A stretch of 64,000 nucleotides of DNA, taken from Felis catus. Lineage: Eukaryota. This document shows positions 12,308-23,330 of this stretch, piece after piece; within the stretch, counting starts at the first letter, position 1, and every line of letters begins with the position of its first letter. Location: the NCBI RefSeq assembly GCF_018350175.1, contig NC_058368.1, positions 17,734,001 to 17,798,000 on the forward strand. Direction: 5' to 3'. Both the position numbers and the translations under genes were made by a program. A model generated the notes under the pieces. That model was not told where the DNA came from. It saw only the letters and a list, made by a program, of their open reading frames with translations, and searched no databases.

Positions 12308-12470
12308 AAAGGTTCTAAGTCTCCAGATGTCAGGAACCCATTTGAATACTATATAAAAGTTAGAATAAACTCTCCAGAAAACAGCATGTACACACAGGCA
12401 TATGAAATTTGCACACAATTTCAGGGGGGTCACAAGTCTCTGAAGCTTATTCATGGACTTTGGACCCCTG
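12308..12470. mobile_element. Short hAT-Charlie-type DNA transposon relic (subfamily uncertain)
   Basis: ccagaaaacagcatgtacac...aatttgcacacaatttcagggggtcac...catggac...acccctg resembles recalled MER MITEs. Confidence 0.45.
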
Positions 12471-13149
12471 AATTATCTGGAGACATCACTCCTTAGAACT
12501 AGGGCTCCTGTAACACTGAACTCATTTGCCATTGTCATCAAAACAGCCAGTTGCCAAGCCAAAGTAGCTTACGATCCAGACATCACGTAGCTGACGTTCT
12601 CAGCTCCCCAAAATATGACCCCAAATCGGGAGGCAAGAAAAAAAACAAAGAAAACACTGTCCAGAGCATACAAAAATCAGTATTTCAAAGACACATAGTG
12701 CACGGAAACAGAGCTGAACTGTGTTCCTTTAAACCATGATTTTAAGAGGATGCATGACGATTAGATGAGAAAGGACACAAACTAGAAGTGAGGGAATAAG
12801 GACAGAAAGGCGTAAGTAATAACTGTAATGAATAACTGCCAACAGTGTGACATAAAACTGTTGCAAAGCAACAACAAAACCCCCGAAAGAACTCAAAAAG
12901 TTTTTCAGTCTTGGCTATTTAGAGAAAAGGCAAATCACTCTTAAACAAATGTCCATGACTCCTACGAACCTTTCCTTATGAGTCATATGAGAACATAACT
13001 GCGAATGAGGTTATTTTTTACAGGCTTGCTTATGTTTTTTATATGTTTCATATATTCTGGCTAAAAGGATGGATTCTGGCTATAATACATCTACATCCTC
13101 AAACCATTTCAACATGATTAAAATAGGAAATGTGTTGGCCTTTAAGGCA

Positions 13150-13350
13150 GAAAGGCGGGACTAATATTTACCGTAGGTTTTCCACGTTCAAAGCACCTTC
13201 CACTTTCGCCACATTTAATCCTTTTCACAGGCCTCTGAAGTGGGGGTTGTCATTTAGTTTGAGAGACCAAAGAACTGAAATTCTGAGAGGCCAAATAACT
13301 TGCCCAGAATCAAACAGCTCTAAGGGAGTGAAGCTGGGATGGAAGCCAGT
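13150..13350 (-). mobile_element. MIR SINE
   Basis: atttaatccttttcacagg...aactgaaattctgagaggccaaataacttgcccagaatcaaacagct. Confidence 0.65.
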
Positions 13351-13522
13351 CCTCGCTTTTTTTCCATTAACTATTCCTTTAAACGGAAAATTCATTTATC
13401 TGGAAAAATCCATTCATATGAAATTTTCTGAAAAGATCTCATAAATGAATTTTTTCTCTACAAATCTTCTCTATTAATTAGTTTTGTCAACATTCTACCA
13501 GGTTAAAAATCAGATCAGCCTT

Positions 13523-13728
13523 GGGGCACCTGGGTGGCTCAGTCAAGTGTCCATAGCTTGATTGTGGCTCCTCGGGTCATGATCTCACAGTTGGTGAGAT
13601 AGAGCCCCATGTTGGGCTCTGTGCTGACAGTATGGGGCCTGCTTGGAATTCTCTCTCTGCTCCTCCCCTGCTTGTGCTCTCTCTCTCCCTCTCAAAATAA
13701 ATAAACCAAAAAAAAAAAAAAAAAAAAA
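13523..13728 (+). mobile_element. Can-SINE
   Basis: ggggcacctgggtggctcagtc head, CT tract, A tail; degenerate TSD ...tcagatcagcct / ...tcatatcagcct. Confidence 0.95.
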
Positions 13729-14585
13729 GAAGTCATATCAGCCTCCTGATTATTTTCTTATATTTTTGGTTTTATTCTAAAACACATTTGCTATGTTATT
13801 AATCAATAATGTTTACAAATGGCCCTTTCTTAAAGGAAGACCTGCTTGCTAAGGAGGAAAAGTGGCTACTTTCTCTCTTCTGTTGGGAAACAAAGGCAAA
13901 AATACACAGGTCACAACACATCTGAGTTCTCAACTCTGGGGCAGAAATATTTCTCCTGAGATTAAGAATCTTACTATCAAGATCTGAAAGAACTCGTCTC
14001 TAATGTTTGTGTAGACAAATCTCCCAGCAACTGGAAGGTTCACTGGCAGGTCTTTCCTCACTGTTACTATTTAATAAGAGAGTGTTCTAAGATAAATCTG
14101 TGATAAATCTCTCAACTATAATCTCCTTGAGGGCAGGGAGCAAGGAGAGGACTTCTCAAGGGGGCTGCACGAATCACATCATCCCAAGGGGTAGCTTGGG
14201 ATGGTAGGAGGGGATAGATTCGTCTCCCTAATTAGCAGATTATTTCCCAAATCCTTAACTACCAGGAAATTTCAATACAATCTACAGATTTATTTAAGAT
14301 GATGTTCACATAGCCGATTTATCTTAATTGCCCTTTCTTTCTTAGTGACATCAGTGATAGAATCAGTTGAACAAAGTTCATTCCTGAGAGAGGACCTAAA
14401 ACGTCAGAAACAGTTAAATTTAAAATCAGTGCTTTTCTACCCCTAGATTAATATTCTAGTGGAACATACTAAGAAAACAGTTAAGAGCACCTCACACAAA
14501 AGAATAATTAGAAAAGCCAGTTGAATTTCCTGAAATTCCTTAAGTATACTATATCTAAAATGGCAGGGAACTGAGGTGTATCTAT

Positions 14586-14607
14586 TTTCTTATGTTTATT
14601 TATTTAT

Positions 14608-14645
<38 letters not shown>

Positions 14646-14818
14646 CACACACACGAGCAGGGGAGGTGCAGAGAGAGAGGGAGAGTGAGAATCCCAAGCA
14701 GACTCTGCATTGTCACCACTGAGCCTGATGCAGGGCTCGATCACAGGAATGGTGAGATCATGATCTGAGCTGAAATCAAGAGTTGGACATGTAACCAACT
14801 GAGCCACATAGACACCCC
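14586..14818 (-). mobile_element. Can-SINE
   Basis: tttatttatt + (GA)n, ends aactgagccacatagacacccc. Confidence 0.93.
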
Positions 14819-15419
14819 ATATTTTTTGTTTTTATAATGGGGATAACACTGAAAAAACTTAAGAAAAATCTTTAAAAGAGAGATTAGCCTATTCTTCTCA
14901 ATAGTGTGGTGGCCATATCTTATGAAATACTGTGTCTCACAGGCTGTTAAAGAGAATTACCTTTTTCTACAATCACTGAATCCCACTGGTACAAATCACT
15001 TGTAAACCACTGAATTAAGTTTTAAAAAGGCTGAATACAAGATTGGGAATAATCCTTCTCCAAAATAACCAAACCAAAAAGGACTCTAGGAAGGAAAGAA
15101 TTTAGAGCTCTTTCTTTTTCACCTATTGGGGCATTTCATTCTTTAAACGATGACCCTTAACTTGATTTTTTTCTGGGAGATGGTTCAGCCATATTCCTGT
15201 AGAGAGTAATGCCATAATTCTCCCCGGGTTATCAATGGCCAAGTATATACAGACACATGATGGCAACTTCCCTTTTAGAGGTCAAAAATTAGCAGTAGGG
15301 CTCCTTCCTTCCCTCTCATCCTCTTTCCTTTCCCTCCATGTCTCTTTTTTCTCTCTTCCCCTCCATCATTCTTCCCTCTTTCCCTCCCTTCGTTTAACCA
15401 TTTCGTAGGTGGCAGATAT

Positions 15420-15531
15420 GTGTCATGCATAAGGATCATGTTTATCTTGATTCACAATTTCATCCTAAGTCTGTGGCACAATTTTTTGATGCCAAGAATG
15501 TGCTTAATAAATATTTGTTGAATAAATAAAT
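15420..15531 (+). mobile_element. L2 3' terminus
   Basis: gtgcttaataaatatttgttgaataaataaat. Confidence 0.6.
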
Positions 15532-16708
15532 TTGCAGAATACCGCTCTGGGCCAAACCCTGAACTAGACGCTGAAGTTGAAAAATTCCTGTCCCATTGGT
15601 TCATCTGGAACCTACAAAGATGCACTTAGGGAAGCAGACAGAATTGGATCCATGATTATAGAGAATGGGGACTTTTTGCTAAAGCAGTACTAGAGGCATT
15701 TACTAAGCGATAACTTAAAACGGGTATGTGCATGGGCTGCCATTACTGTCATGGTCCCACTGGGATTCATGGCCCTGAAGTGAACTGGTTCTTCTCCTCT
15801 CATTCTAGAATGAATGCAGAAAACCCTTCTTGCCATGAAAAGAGAACCATAAGAAGGCTGAGTGACCGGCCAACTTGGCTGCATTTCCTTCAGAGTTGCC
15901 TGGGCGCTGCCCCATCACTTCGTCACTGGCTACACAGACCTTCCTCTGCCCGTGGCGCTTGACCAGCATCATCTAGAGTCACATTCTAGAGGGTTCCTGT
16001 GAGTAACCCTGGGCCTACCCAGTTTGGGTCTTGGGTCCTAGCGGCTGCTTGGTCTTTCTGCCATCCTCCTGGGCTAGCATGCTATTTGAGGGAATACAGG
16101 CTCCTCCTGGAGCTTCTAAATGACTTCTAGCAACTTGGACAAATTTTCTCTTTTTGTTCTCATTTTGTCCCACTGACTATAACTTGCAAATTATTTTTTC
16201 TCAAGTGTGATTAGGTTTGAAGGGAGAAAAACAGAAGTCAGGAGTGAAAGAGATGTGCCCAAAGAGATGTGACGTGGTTATTGTTCAGATTCGATGAGAA
16301 GAGATTTCTTCCCTGGTCTGAAAATTGGGAAGAAACAGACTCTCATCTTTTTCACACTGACAGGCTCGGAGTTCTCAGTAGTTCTTGAGAATCCAAGAGC
16401 ATAATTTCAAGAACAGGAAACATGATGGCTTCTTAATGAAATTAAATAGCAAAATGAAAGCAATGATTACTCAAATTTACTTGGCAAATTAGCAAGACAA
16501 ATTAATTGAAACACTACTTTTGATCATAAGGATATAATTAGAAAAGTCTGGTGGATGAAAATATCTCCGAGGCATGAATTAAATCAATTGGACAACCTGA
16601 TTAGAGAGACCTTATGCTTAATGTGTAAATCCCAACTTACTGTTATAAAATGTAAAAGAAAGAAAAAAAGATTAATCAACCAATATTCATTAAAAATGGT
16701 CCTGTGCA

Positions 16709-16928
16709 GGGGCGCCTGGGTGGCGCAGTTGGTTAAGCGTCCGACTTCAGCCAGGTCACGATCTCGCGGTCTGTGAGTTCGAGCCCCGCGTCGGGCTCTG
16801 GGCTGATGGCTCAGAGCCTGGAGCCTGTTTCCGATTCTGTGTCTCCTTCTCTCTCTGCCCTTCCCCCATTCATGCTCTGTCTCTCTCTGTCCCAAAAATA
16901 AATAAACGTTGAAAAAAAAATTAAAAAA
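16709..16928 (+). mobile_element. Young Can-SINE (SINEC_Fc-type)
   Basis: CpG-rich intact body; perfect 17-bp TSD aaaaatggtcctgtgca (16692-16708 / 16929-16945). Confidence 0.97.
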
Positions 16929-17104
16929 AAAAATGGTCCTGTGCAAATAACATGAATAATAACAGCAAACGTCTACTGTATTTTTATTATGTGAAGATAC
17001 TGTGTTACCTTACATATTATTCTTATCACTTACACTGTTTTCTTCTCTTAAAAAGTAACACTTACACAGCATGAGCTGCTACTGACCCTTAATCTGCAGC
17101 CACG

Positions 17105-17200
17105 GACTTCGTGATGGAAGGGCACCAAGTCCAACCACAACAAAAAGCCAGACTTCGTGATGGAAGGGCACCAAGTCCAACCACAACAAAAAGCCAGACT
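17105..17200. repeat. Perfect 46-bp tandem duplication (2 copies + 4 bp)
   Basis: gacttcgtgatggaagggcaccaagtccaaccacaacaaaaagcca at 17105-17150 and 17151-17196, then gact. Confidence 0.97.
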
Positions 17201-17329
17201 GAGATGCCTTTTCCGTTCGTAGCCTCGTCTTCCGCTTACAGATGCCACTACTTCTCAGTAAAATCTGGTTCCGTAAAACTCTGAACCCATCCACGCTCGG
17301 CCACAAGAAGCCATTTGGTATACGGTAAC

Positions 17330-17682
17330 CCCTGACAGCTCTTATTCTTTCAAGTTGGCCCAATCAGACTGAGAAGAGGGACTTTTATTCCATTGCTGGG
17401 ACTGGGGAGAGACTCCCCCTCTCTTCTATGACACGAACAGGCTACAAGTGCCAAATGTAATCGTCGATGAGAAGAAGAGAGCCAGCCTCAAGATGGAGGA
17501 GAAGAACCCCCACGCGGCAGGTCTCCGGTTTGGGAAAAACCTGGGCCCTGGACAACATCTTTGAGCCCCTGGATCAGTCAAGTCTGCAGCTCACCTTAGC
17601 TCTGGCCTTGCTGTAATAAGAGATGGTAAATATTTTCTTTGTGTAAGCCAGCTGGAATCAGCTCTTTGTAACCTAAAGCTAA
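17330..17682 (+). mobile_element. Old MaLR LTR fragment (MLT1J/K-like)
   Basis: acatctttgagcccctggatcag ... gtgtaagccagctggaatcagctctttgtaacctaaag resembles MLT1 3' end; 5' boundary uncertain. Confidence 0.5.
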
Positions 17683-17759
17683 AGCCCCCTAGTGTATATA
17701 AAACAAAATGGATATTAAACTAAATTCTAGCAAAGTACAAAAAACTAATTTTCTCTCTC

Positions 17760-18054
17760 TACAGAGGACAAACTGAAGGTTGTCCCAGAGGGAAACGGGG
17801 TAGGGAGATGGGCAAAACAAGTAAAGGGGTGGGGGAGATACAGGCTTCCAGTGGTGGAATGAACAAGACACGGGAATTAAAGGCACAGCGCAGGGAATAT
17901 AGTCAAGGACTAACAGTATTGTGTAGTGGCAGATGATGTCTGCACTTGTGGTGAGCATAGCGTGACGAACAGAGATGTTGGATCACGGTGCTGTACATGC
18001 GAAACGAATGTAACATTGTGTGTCAGCTACACTCAAATAAAAAGTTTTTAAAAA
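17760..18054 (+). mobile_element. Carnivore L1 3' end, 5'-truncated
   Basis: gagatacaggcttccagt...agggaatatagtcaa...tgtaacattgtgtgtcagctacactcaaataaaa. Confidence 0.85.
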
Positions 18055-18152
18055 TATAATTTTCTTTATAAATTGGGTGATTTTGTTTCAAAGTATGGCT
18101 GCTGACCCCCTGCACCTGAATCACCCGAGATACTTGTTTAAAACACAAATGA

Positions 18153-18383
18153 GAGGATCACCTGGGAGGCTCAGTCGGTTGAGCGTCCGACTTCAGCTCA
18201 GGTCGTGATCTCACGGGTTGTGAGTTCGAGGTCCGCGTCAGGCTCTGCGCTGACAGCTTGGAGCCTGCTTCAGATTCTTTGTCTCCCTGCCTCTCTGCCC
18301 CTCCCCCGGTTGCGCTCTGTCTCTCTCTCTTTCTCTCAAAAATAAACACTTTAAAAAATTTTTAATAAAAAATAAATACAACA
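18153..18383 (+). mobile_element. Can-SINE (older), inserted in a MER5-like relic; host of next SINE
   Basis: cacctgggaggctcagtcggtt head, CT tract, A-rich tail; TSD aaaacacaaatgaga / aaaacaaatgaga brackets both SINEs. Confidence 0.93.
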
Positions 18384-18609
18384 GGGGCGCCTGGGTGGCG
18401 CAGTCGGTTAAGCGTCCGACTTCAGCCAGGTCACGATCTCGCGGTCCGGGAGTTCGAGCCCCGCGTCGGGCTCTGGGCTGACGGCTCAGAGCCTGGAGCC
18501 TGTTTCCGATTCTGTGTCTCCCTCTCTCTCTGCCCCTCCCCCGTTCATGCTCTGTCTCTCTCTGTCCCAAAAATAAATAAACGTTGAAAAAATAAATAAA
18601 TAAATAAAA
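18384..18609 (+). mobile_element. Young Can-SINE (SINEC_Fc-type) nested in the tail of the previous SINE
   Basis: ggggcgcctgggtggcgcagtcggttaagcgtccg, CpGs intact. Confidence 0.97.
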
Positions 18610-18974
18610 CAAATGAGAGAAACTAGTCGGCCTCTGATTCTAATGCTTCTAAAGGGTGAAAGCTACTGTCAAGGCAAGCTGTACAATTTTAGCTGCGTAA
18701 TTTAGAAATTCATTAGGCAGCCTGCTTGTGCTCTGGTTTCCTTGTTTCACAAATACGTGTATTCAAACGTGCTCCTTGCTGCTCCATAAAGAAGAATGAT
18801 CCAGAGGTAAACAGTAACAATCTTTGATTTGCAAAAGTGGGTATTTTTGTGAAATTGCTCCAAAGCTTTGCACTTAACTCTTGAGAAAGAATCAACAGCC
18901 TTATAAAGTTGTTTTCACGGCACACACAAAAATCCTCCCCAAGTCTCCTTGCCAAGGAAAAAAGACACTTCATT

Positions 18975-19164
18975 TTCTTTAATTTTTATTTGTTTATTTT
19001 TGAGAGAGAGAGATAGACAGAGACAGAGAGAGACAGAGAGAGAGAGGGAGAGAGAAAATCCCAAGCAGTCTCTGTGCTGATTGACTCGGGGCCACGAACC
19101 ATGGGATCATGATCTGAGCCGAAATCAACAGTTGGACACTTAACCAATGAAGCCACCAGGCACT
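18975..19164 (-). mobile_element. Can-SINE (diverged)
   Basis: T-rich tail, (GA)n, ends gccaccaggcactc. Confidence 0.9.
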
Positions 19165-19532
19165 CGGGAAGAAGGCATTTTAAAAAGTAGATTCTATTAG
19201 ACTCCTACCACATTACCTTAAAACCACAAATGTGAGTTTTTGTGAAATCTGTTCCTTGCTCAACTACGTCTTATATGTTTGGACTCAGTTTAAACCCCTG
19301 GGAAGCCCTTCCTACCTTCACCCCACCAGCATTCCTCCTTCCTCCACTGTGCCTGCTTGGGCTCTTTCCCTCTTCTCCTTGGCCTCCCTGTAGCCTAAAA
19401 CACACCCACACTCACTCTTTATCTACCTAAACACTTCACAGCCTTGAAGGCTCAGCTAAAAATACTCCTTCCTTAGGAAGCCTCCAGGAGAGGTCAAGTC
19501 CCCTTGAATTGTGACATAGCAACTAACTAAAA

Positions 19533-20140
19533 TACCAGTTAGGCTGCGTTCAGCTGCTAGTACGAGAAAGGCTGCCTTGGGGCGCCTGGGTGGCTCAGCT
19601 GGTGAAGCGCCAGACTCTTGATTTCGGCTCAGGTCATGATCTCAAGGTTCGTGAGATCGAGCCCAGTGTTGGGCTCTGCACTGACATCTCAGAGTCTACT
19701 TGAGATTCTTTATCTTCCCCCTCTCTGCCCCTTCCCTGCTTGTTCTCTCTCTCTCTCTCTCTCTCTCTCAAAATAAGTTAACATTTCTAAAAGAGAGAGA
19801 AAGGATGCCTTTAAAATTACCCAGTAAGGAAATGAATCACCATGTATTATGTACTATGTGTCGGCAAGGTTGAAAGCTCCTAGGGAAGTCATGCTTCAGG
19901 GGTGGCTGAACCCCTGCTGGTTCCTCTGCCCACCCCTTCCCCCTGGAGGCTGTCCCCACCTGCCATTCTACCTAGTCAGAGGCGGCTGCTGGAGGGAGGG
20001 GGGAGCATGGCTTCTGGTGCCTTTCCCTTAGGCATATGATCCCTTCTTCTCCCAAAGCCTCTGGAAACATCTCCTGCAATATCACTGGTCTAAATGGGCT
20101 TACGCCGCCCCATCCCAAGCTTGTATTAAGAGGTAAGATG
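19533..20140 (-). mobile_element. Old MaLR LTR (MLT1K/L-like), interrupted by a Can-SINE
   Basis: ccagttaggctgcgttcagctgctagtacgagaa resembles reverse MLT1 end; degenerate internal similarity. Confidence 0.45.
19579..19795 (+). mobile_element. Can-SINE
   Basis: ggggcgcctgggtggctcag head; TSD gagaaaggctgcctt / gagaaaggatgcctt. Confidence 0.95.
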
Positions 20141-20359
20141 ACCAAGATGAAGTTAGAGAGTTGGCCACCTAATTCGCAACGTGCACAACATGAAGAGGGT
20201 AGTAAGTATACAGCAGACTAGGTCAAGTGGACAGGGCTGCTCAGCGCGATCGGTGCCCTGTGTCCCGACCAGCTGTCTGGGAGGCTGAAGGGATCAATCA
20301 ATGAGTCTATCTGAAATGAACCTATTTCTGGAGTGGCGGGGGCATGCTTTGGTTGAGAT

Positions 20360-20556
20360 CAGGGGTCCTCAGACTGTGGCCCCACCACCTGTTTTTGTAA
20401 AAACAAATTTACGGGAACACGGTCACACCCACTCGCGCATGGAGTGTCTCTCATGCTACAAACGCAGAGCTGAATAGTTGCAACACAGACCATATGGCTC
20501 CGAAAGCTGCAAACAGTCACTAGCCGGCTCTTCACAGAGCTGTTTCCCTGCCTCTG
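20360..20556 (-). mobile_element. MER58A-like hAT-Charlie relic
   Basis: caggggtc..., cctgtttttgtaaa, gcagagctgaatagttgcaacacagaccatatggc. Confidence 0.7.
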
Positions 20557-20649
20557 GCTTAGAATCACCGACCAGAATGGAACGATGCTGGCAAGGCAAC
20601 CACAAGGTCCGCTGCAGTGCCTTCCTTTCCGACACTCTTCCTTTCCGAC

Positions 20650-20830
20650 ACACTGATGGTGTATATTATCTTCTTGAACACCTGGCTCTTCTGGTAGGTT
20701 CTGGTTCCCTGACGGCAATGCATGGGGTCTTTCAAAATGCCTTGGTGATGCCATGTCCTCAACACCTAGCACAGGGCCTGGCAGGCAGTAAGCACTTCAG
20801 AAATATTTGTCGGCTGGGTAACTGAATGAA
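20650..20830 (+). mobile_element. L2 3' terminus
   Basis: cacctagcacagggcctggcaggcagtaagcacttcagaaatatttgtcgg...tgaatgaa. Confidence 0.7.
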
Positions 20831-23206
20831 CACACTCCTTAAGTAATCTTCCATATAAAAACAAAGGGGATGGTTTCTTGAGTGACCCACATCCCACAAT
20901 AAGGACCGCATGAACCTTAACAACATTAACGTTTCCCAGGCCTCAGGGGGAAGATGTGCCCACACAGTCTCCTGGGAGAGGCAGCAGCCATGAGATTGGC
21001 TTCTCAGAAGCAGTAGAGGCAGTGTGGCTCTGGCAACTGGCACGCACACCATTAAAAACATGGGCCCCAGGGCCAGCCTTAGTGAGAATGCTCCCCCTCG
21101 CACACGTGCTGTGGCTCCCAACTGCGGTCCTGGGTTCTCCCAAGTGAGCACCAGAATCTGTGCCTTCGCTCCGCTGAAGTTCAGTCTCCATCAGCGTGCA
21201 AGGAAACAGTCGCCATTTTTTAAAGATAGAACACAGAGGCAGTTTTGCAGGACCGAGGACTCGTTTTATCTGTAGATGATGCCAGTTTCCATTTTTTCCT
21301 CACCATCTCGCTAAGACACATTAAAAAAAAAAAAATCTTGGTGTGGCAAAACTTAAAACCACCAGAGTTTTTAAATTGTTAAAATGGCTTCGGTGAGTTT
21401 AGTAACATAAGAAATTATTACCAGTAGTAAAGAGGCAAGTCTTTTTTTTTTTAAGTCTGATATTCAAGTGTTTAATCCACAATGCTGGGAAGATATGAAC
21501 TACTGAGATGCAGTAATGAAAATTGCAAAAAACAGGATATGGGTTTCATTACAACCTGCTAATTAATACAGCAACACGCAATAGCAAGAGATCAGCAAGA
21601 ACAGTATTCTAATCAAGTTGAGGCATGTGTGAAACGGCCAAGAATGCTTCAAACACCAGAGAAAGAAAAATGCCAAATGCTATATTAAAATATCTCCCCT
21701 GGACACAGTTTGCTTTCCAAAAAAACCAACCGACCAACCAACCAACCAACCAACAAAAAAAGGTAAAAAACTGAAAAACAAACAAAAACCAAGCTGACAC
21801 TCAACTTTGTGCCAGCATTTTCCTCTGCATTTATGGCAATCACAAACTGATCCAGGAAAGCCTTAGGAGAAAGCCTTAGGAAAGCCTTATGGAGGAGGCA
21901 AGAAAGAGCGATCCGAAATCTCTTATACTTTTTTATCCATGCAAATTCGTAGTATTTAACGTACCAACTTCTCCGCCAAAAGAGCTAGTATTATTTTGAG
22001 GGAAGCAGGGTGTTTGTCATCCAATGAGTCAAACAAATCATGCTTTATTTTCAAATCCACAGAACTCTGATATGGTATCACATCGGTCCATTTGCCTCAG
22101 TATCGGACAGAAATTTTTTTCACAGAAGTTCTACCATACAATTTTTTAATGATGATTTGGGATATAACAGTAATACTGACATTAGACCACCTCCCTCAAA
22201 TATTTCTTCTTAGAGTGTTTAATGTGAAAAGCGAATGTTTAAGTTAGTACCTGACTATGAACCAATATCCTTATATTAGGGAAAAGTATATTTGCTATTG
22301 TTTGGCAGTAATCCTCGATGTGGGAACACCGATTCCAAAAAAACATCCTCAGAAAACAATTCAATAAAGAGAAGGCTTACTTGCGTTAAGTTTTTCATTA
22401 TGATATGCCTTAAAATAACAGAGGCTGGAATAGACAGGATACTTAACTAGAAAGAAATAAGGAAGTGTTGGCGTAAAAGTTAGGTTTATCAACCGAGGGA
22501 AATATAATCCAATTAGTACAAGTTATCATGATGCAAGCCATATCGTCCTATGCTACCTTTTTAATGGACTGCTAGGTAGAACACACTAGAGCTACAAGTG
22601 AAAATGTCTGAAGTTTCCAGAAAAAGTCATGAGGTGTCCTTCAGCAGTGTGTGAACTTCCTACTATTCAATTCTCCTACCCCTGTGGCCTCCTGATGGAC
22701 TGTTCTCATGCCTCCCTGGTGCTCTCGCTCTGCCGTGTTCCTGGCTTGCAAGATGCTTCTGTCTGCTGCCAGACGACCCTCGTGCATCACTGTGTTCAAG
22801 ACCCAGCACTCCCACAAAGCTGTCTATTACTCTGGAGTGAGATCGCTTTGGATTTCTTAGCCCTTGAGAAATCTCAGGCAGGCTATAAATTCCACAGAGT
22901 TCTTTTCAGCACCCGCAATAAGTAATTGACACATGATTTTTGAATGAATTGATCAATGCATATAAACTCCTCAGAGCAGGGGCTCTATCTAAGCTTTGTA
23001 TCCACAATACTTCCCACAGTTCAGGCAAACGGTAGATTGGCATAATTTCACTCAACAAATGGATAAGCGAGTGTGTGCGTATTGTTACACATGACTGCTA
23101 GCTGCACTACAGGGTGTGTTTTTCTCTCTTATCTCTCTTCCACTCTCTGCTTCTAGGAAAAGTCACATACGGTTCTTTTCTAAAAGGAGTGTCATTGACG
23201 AAGGAA

Positions 23207-23212
23207 ACTTAC
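23207..23212 (-). other. LHFPL6: 5' splice donor of the LHFPL6 exon
   Basis: Minus strand TGG|GTAAGT, full consensus intronic hexamer. Confidence 0.95.
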
Positions 23213-23311
23213 CCAGGTCAAACTGGCCAGAGACATAGCCACAAGTCTGACGGACTTCCTCGCTGTCCCAGCCCAAGGGGTAGAGGGCACAGCCAGCACC
23301 GATCAACAAGC
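23213..23311 (-). CDS. LHFPL6: Internal coding exon (exon 3 in human numbering) of LHFPL tetraspan subfamily member 6 (lipoma HMGIC fusion partner); 99 nt, phase 1 at both ends
   Basis: Minus strand reads ggcttatctctttgcAG|GC TTG TTG ATC GGT GCT GGC TGT GCC CTC TAC CCC TTG GGC TGG GAC AGC GAG GAA GTC CGT CAG ACT TGT GGC TAT GTC TCT GGC CAG TTT GAC CTG G|GTAAGT. Translation (G)LLIGAGCALYPLGWDSEEVRQTCGYVSGQFDL(G) matches the LHFP/LHFPL6 protein as I recall it (human has T where this has V). It lies within supplied ORF 23163..23507(-). Confidence 0.96.
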
Positions 23312-23330
23312 CTGCAAAGAGATAAGCCAA
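23312..23330 (-). other. LHFPL6: 3' splice acceptor (pyrimidine tract + CAG) of the LHFPL6 exon
   Basis: Minus strand ttggcttatctctttgcag; AG at 23313-23312. Confidence 0.93.

Larger units (their letters stand above)
1..23212 (-). other. LHFPL6: LHFPL6 downstream intron (intron 3, partial; last exon apparently beyond window start)
   Basis: Inference: no sequence encoding KCEIGWAYYCTG...KHYPY found by eye in 1-23212. Confidence 0.75.

Noticed and set aside
21856..21893. Three short copies of gaaagcctta(gg)
   Set aside because: Ordinary slippage micro-repeat
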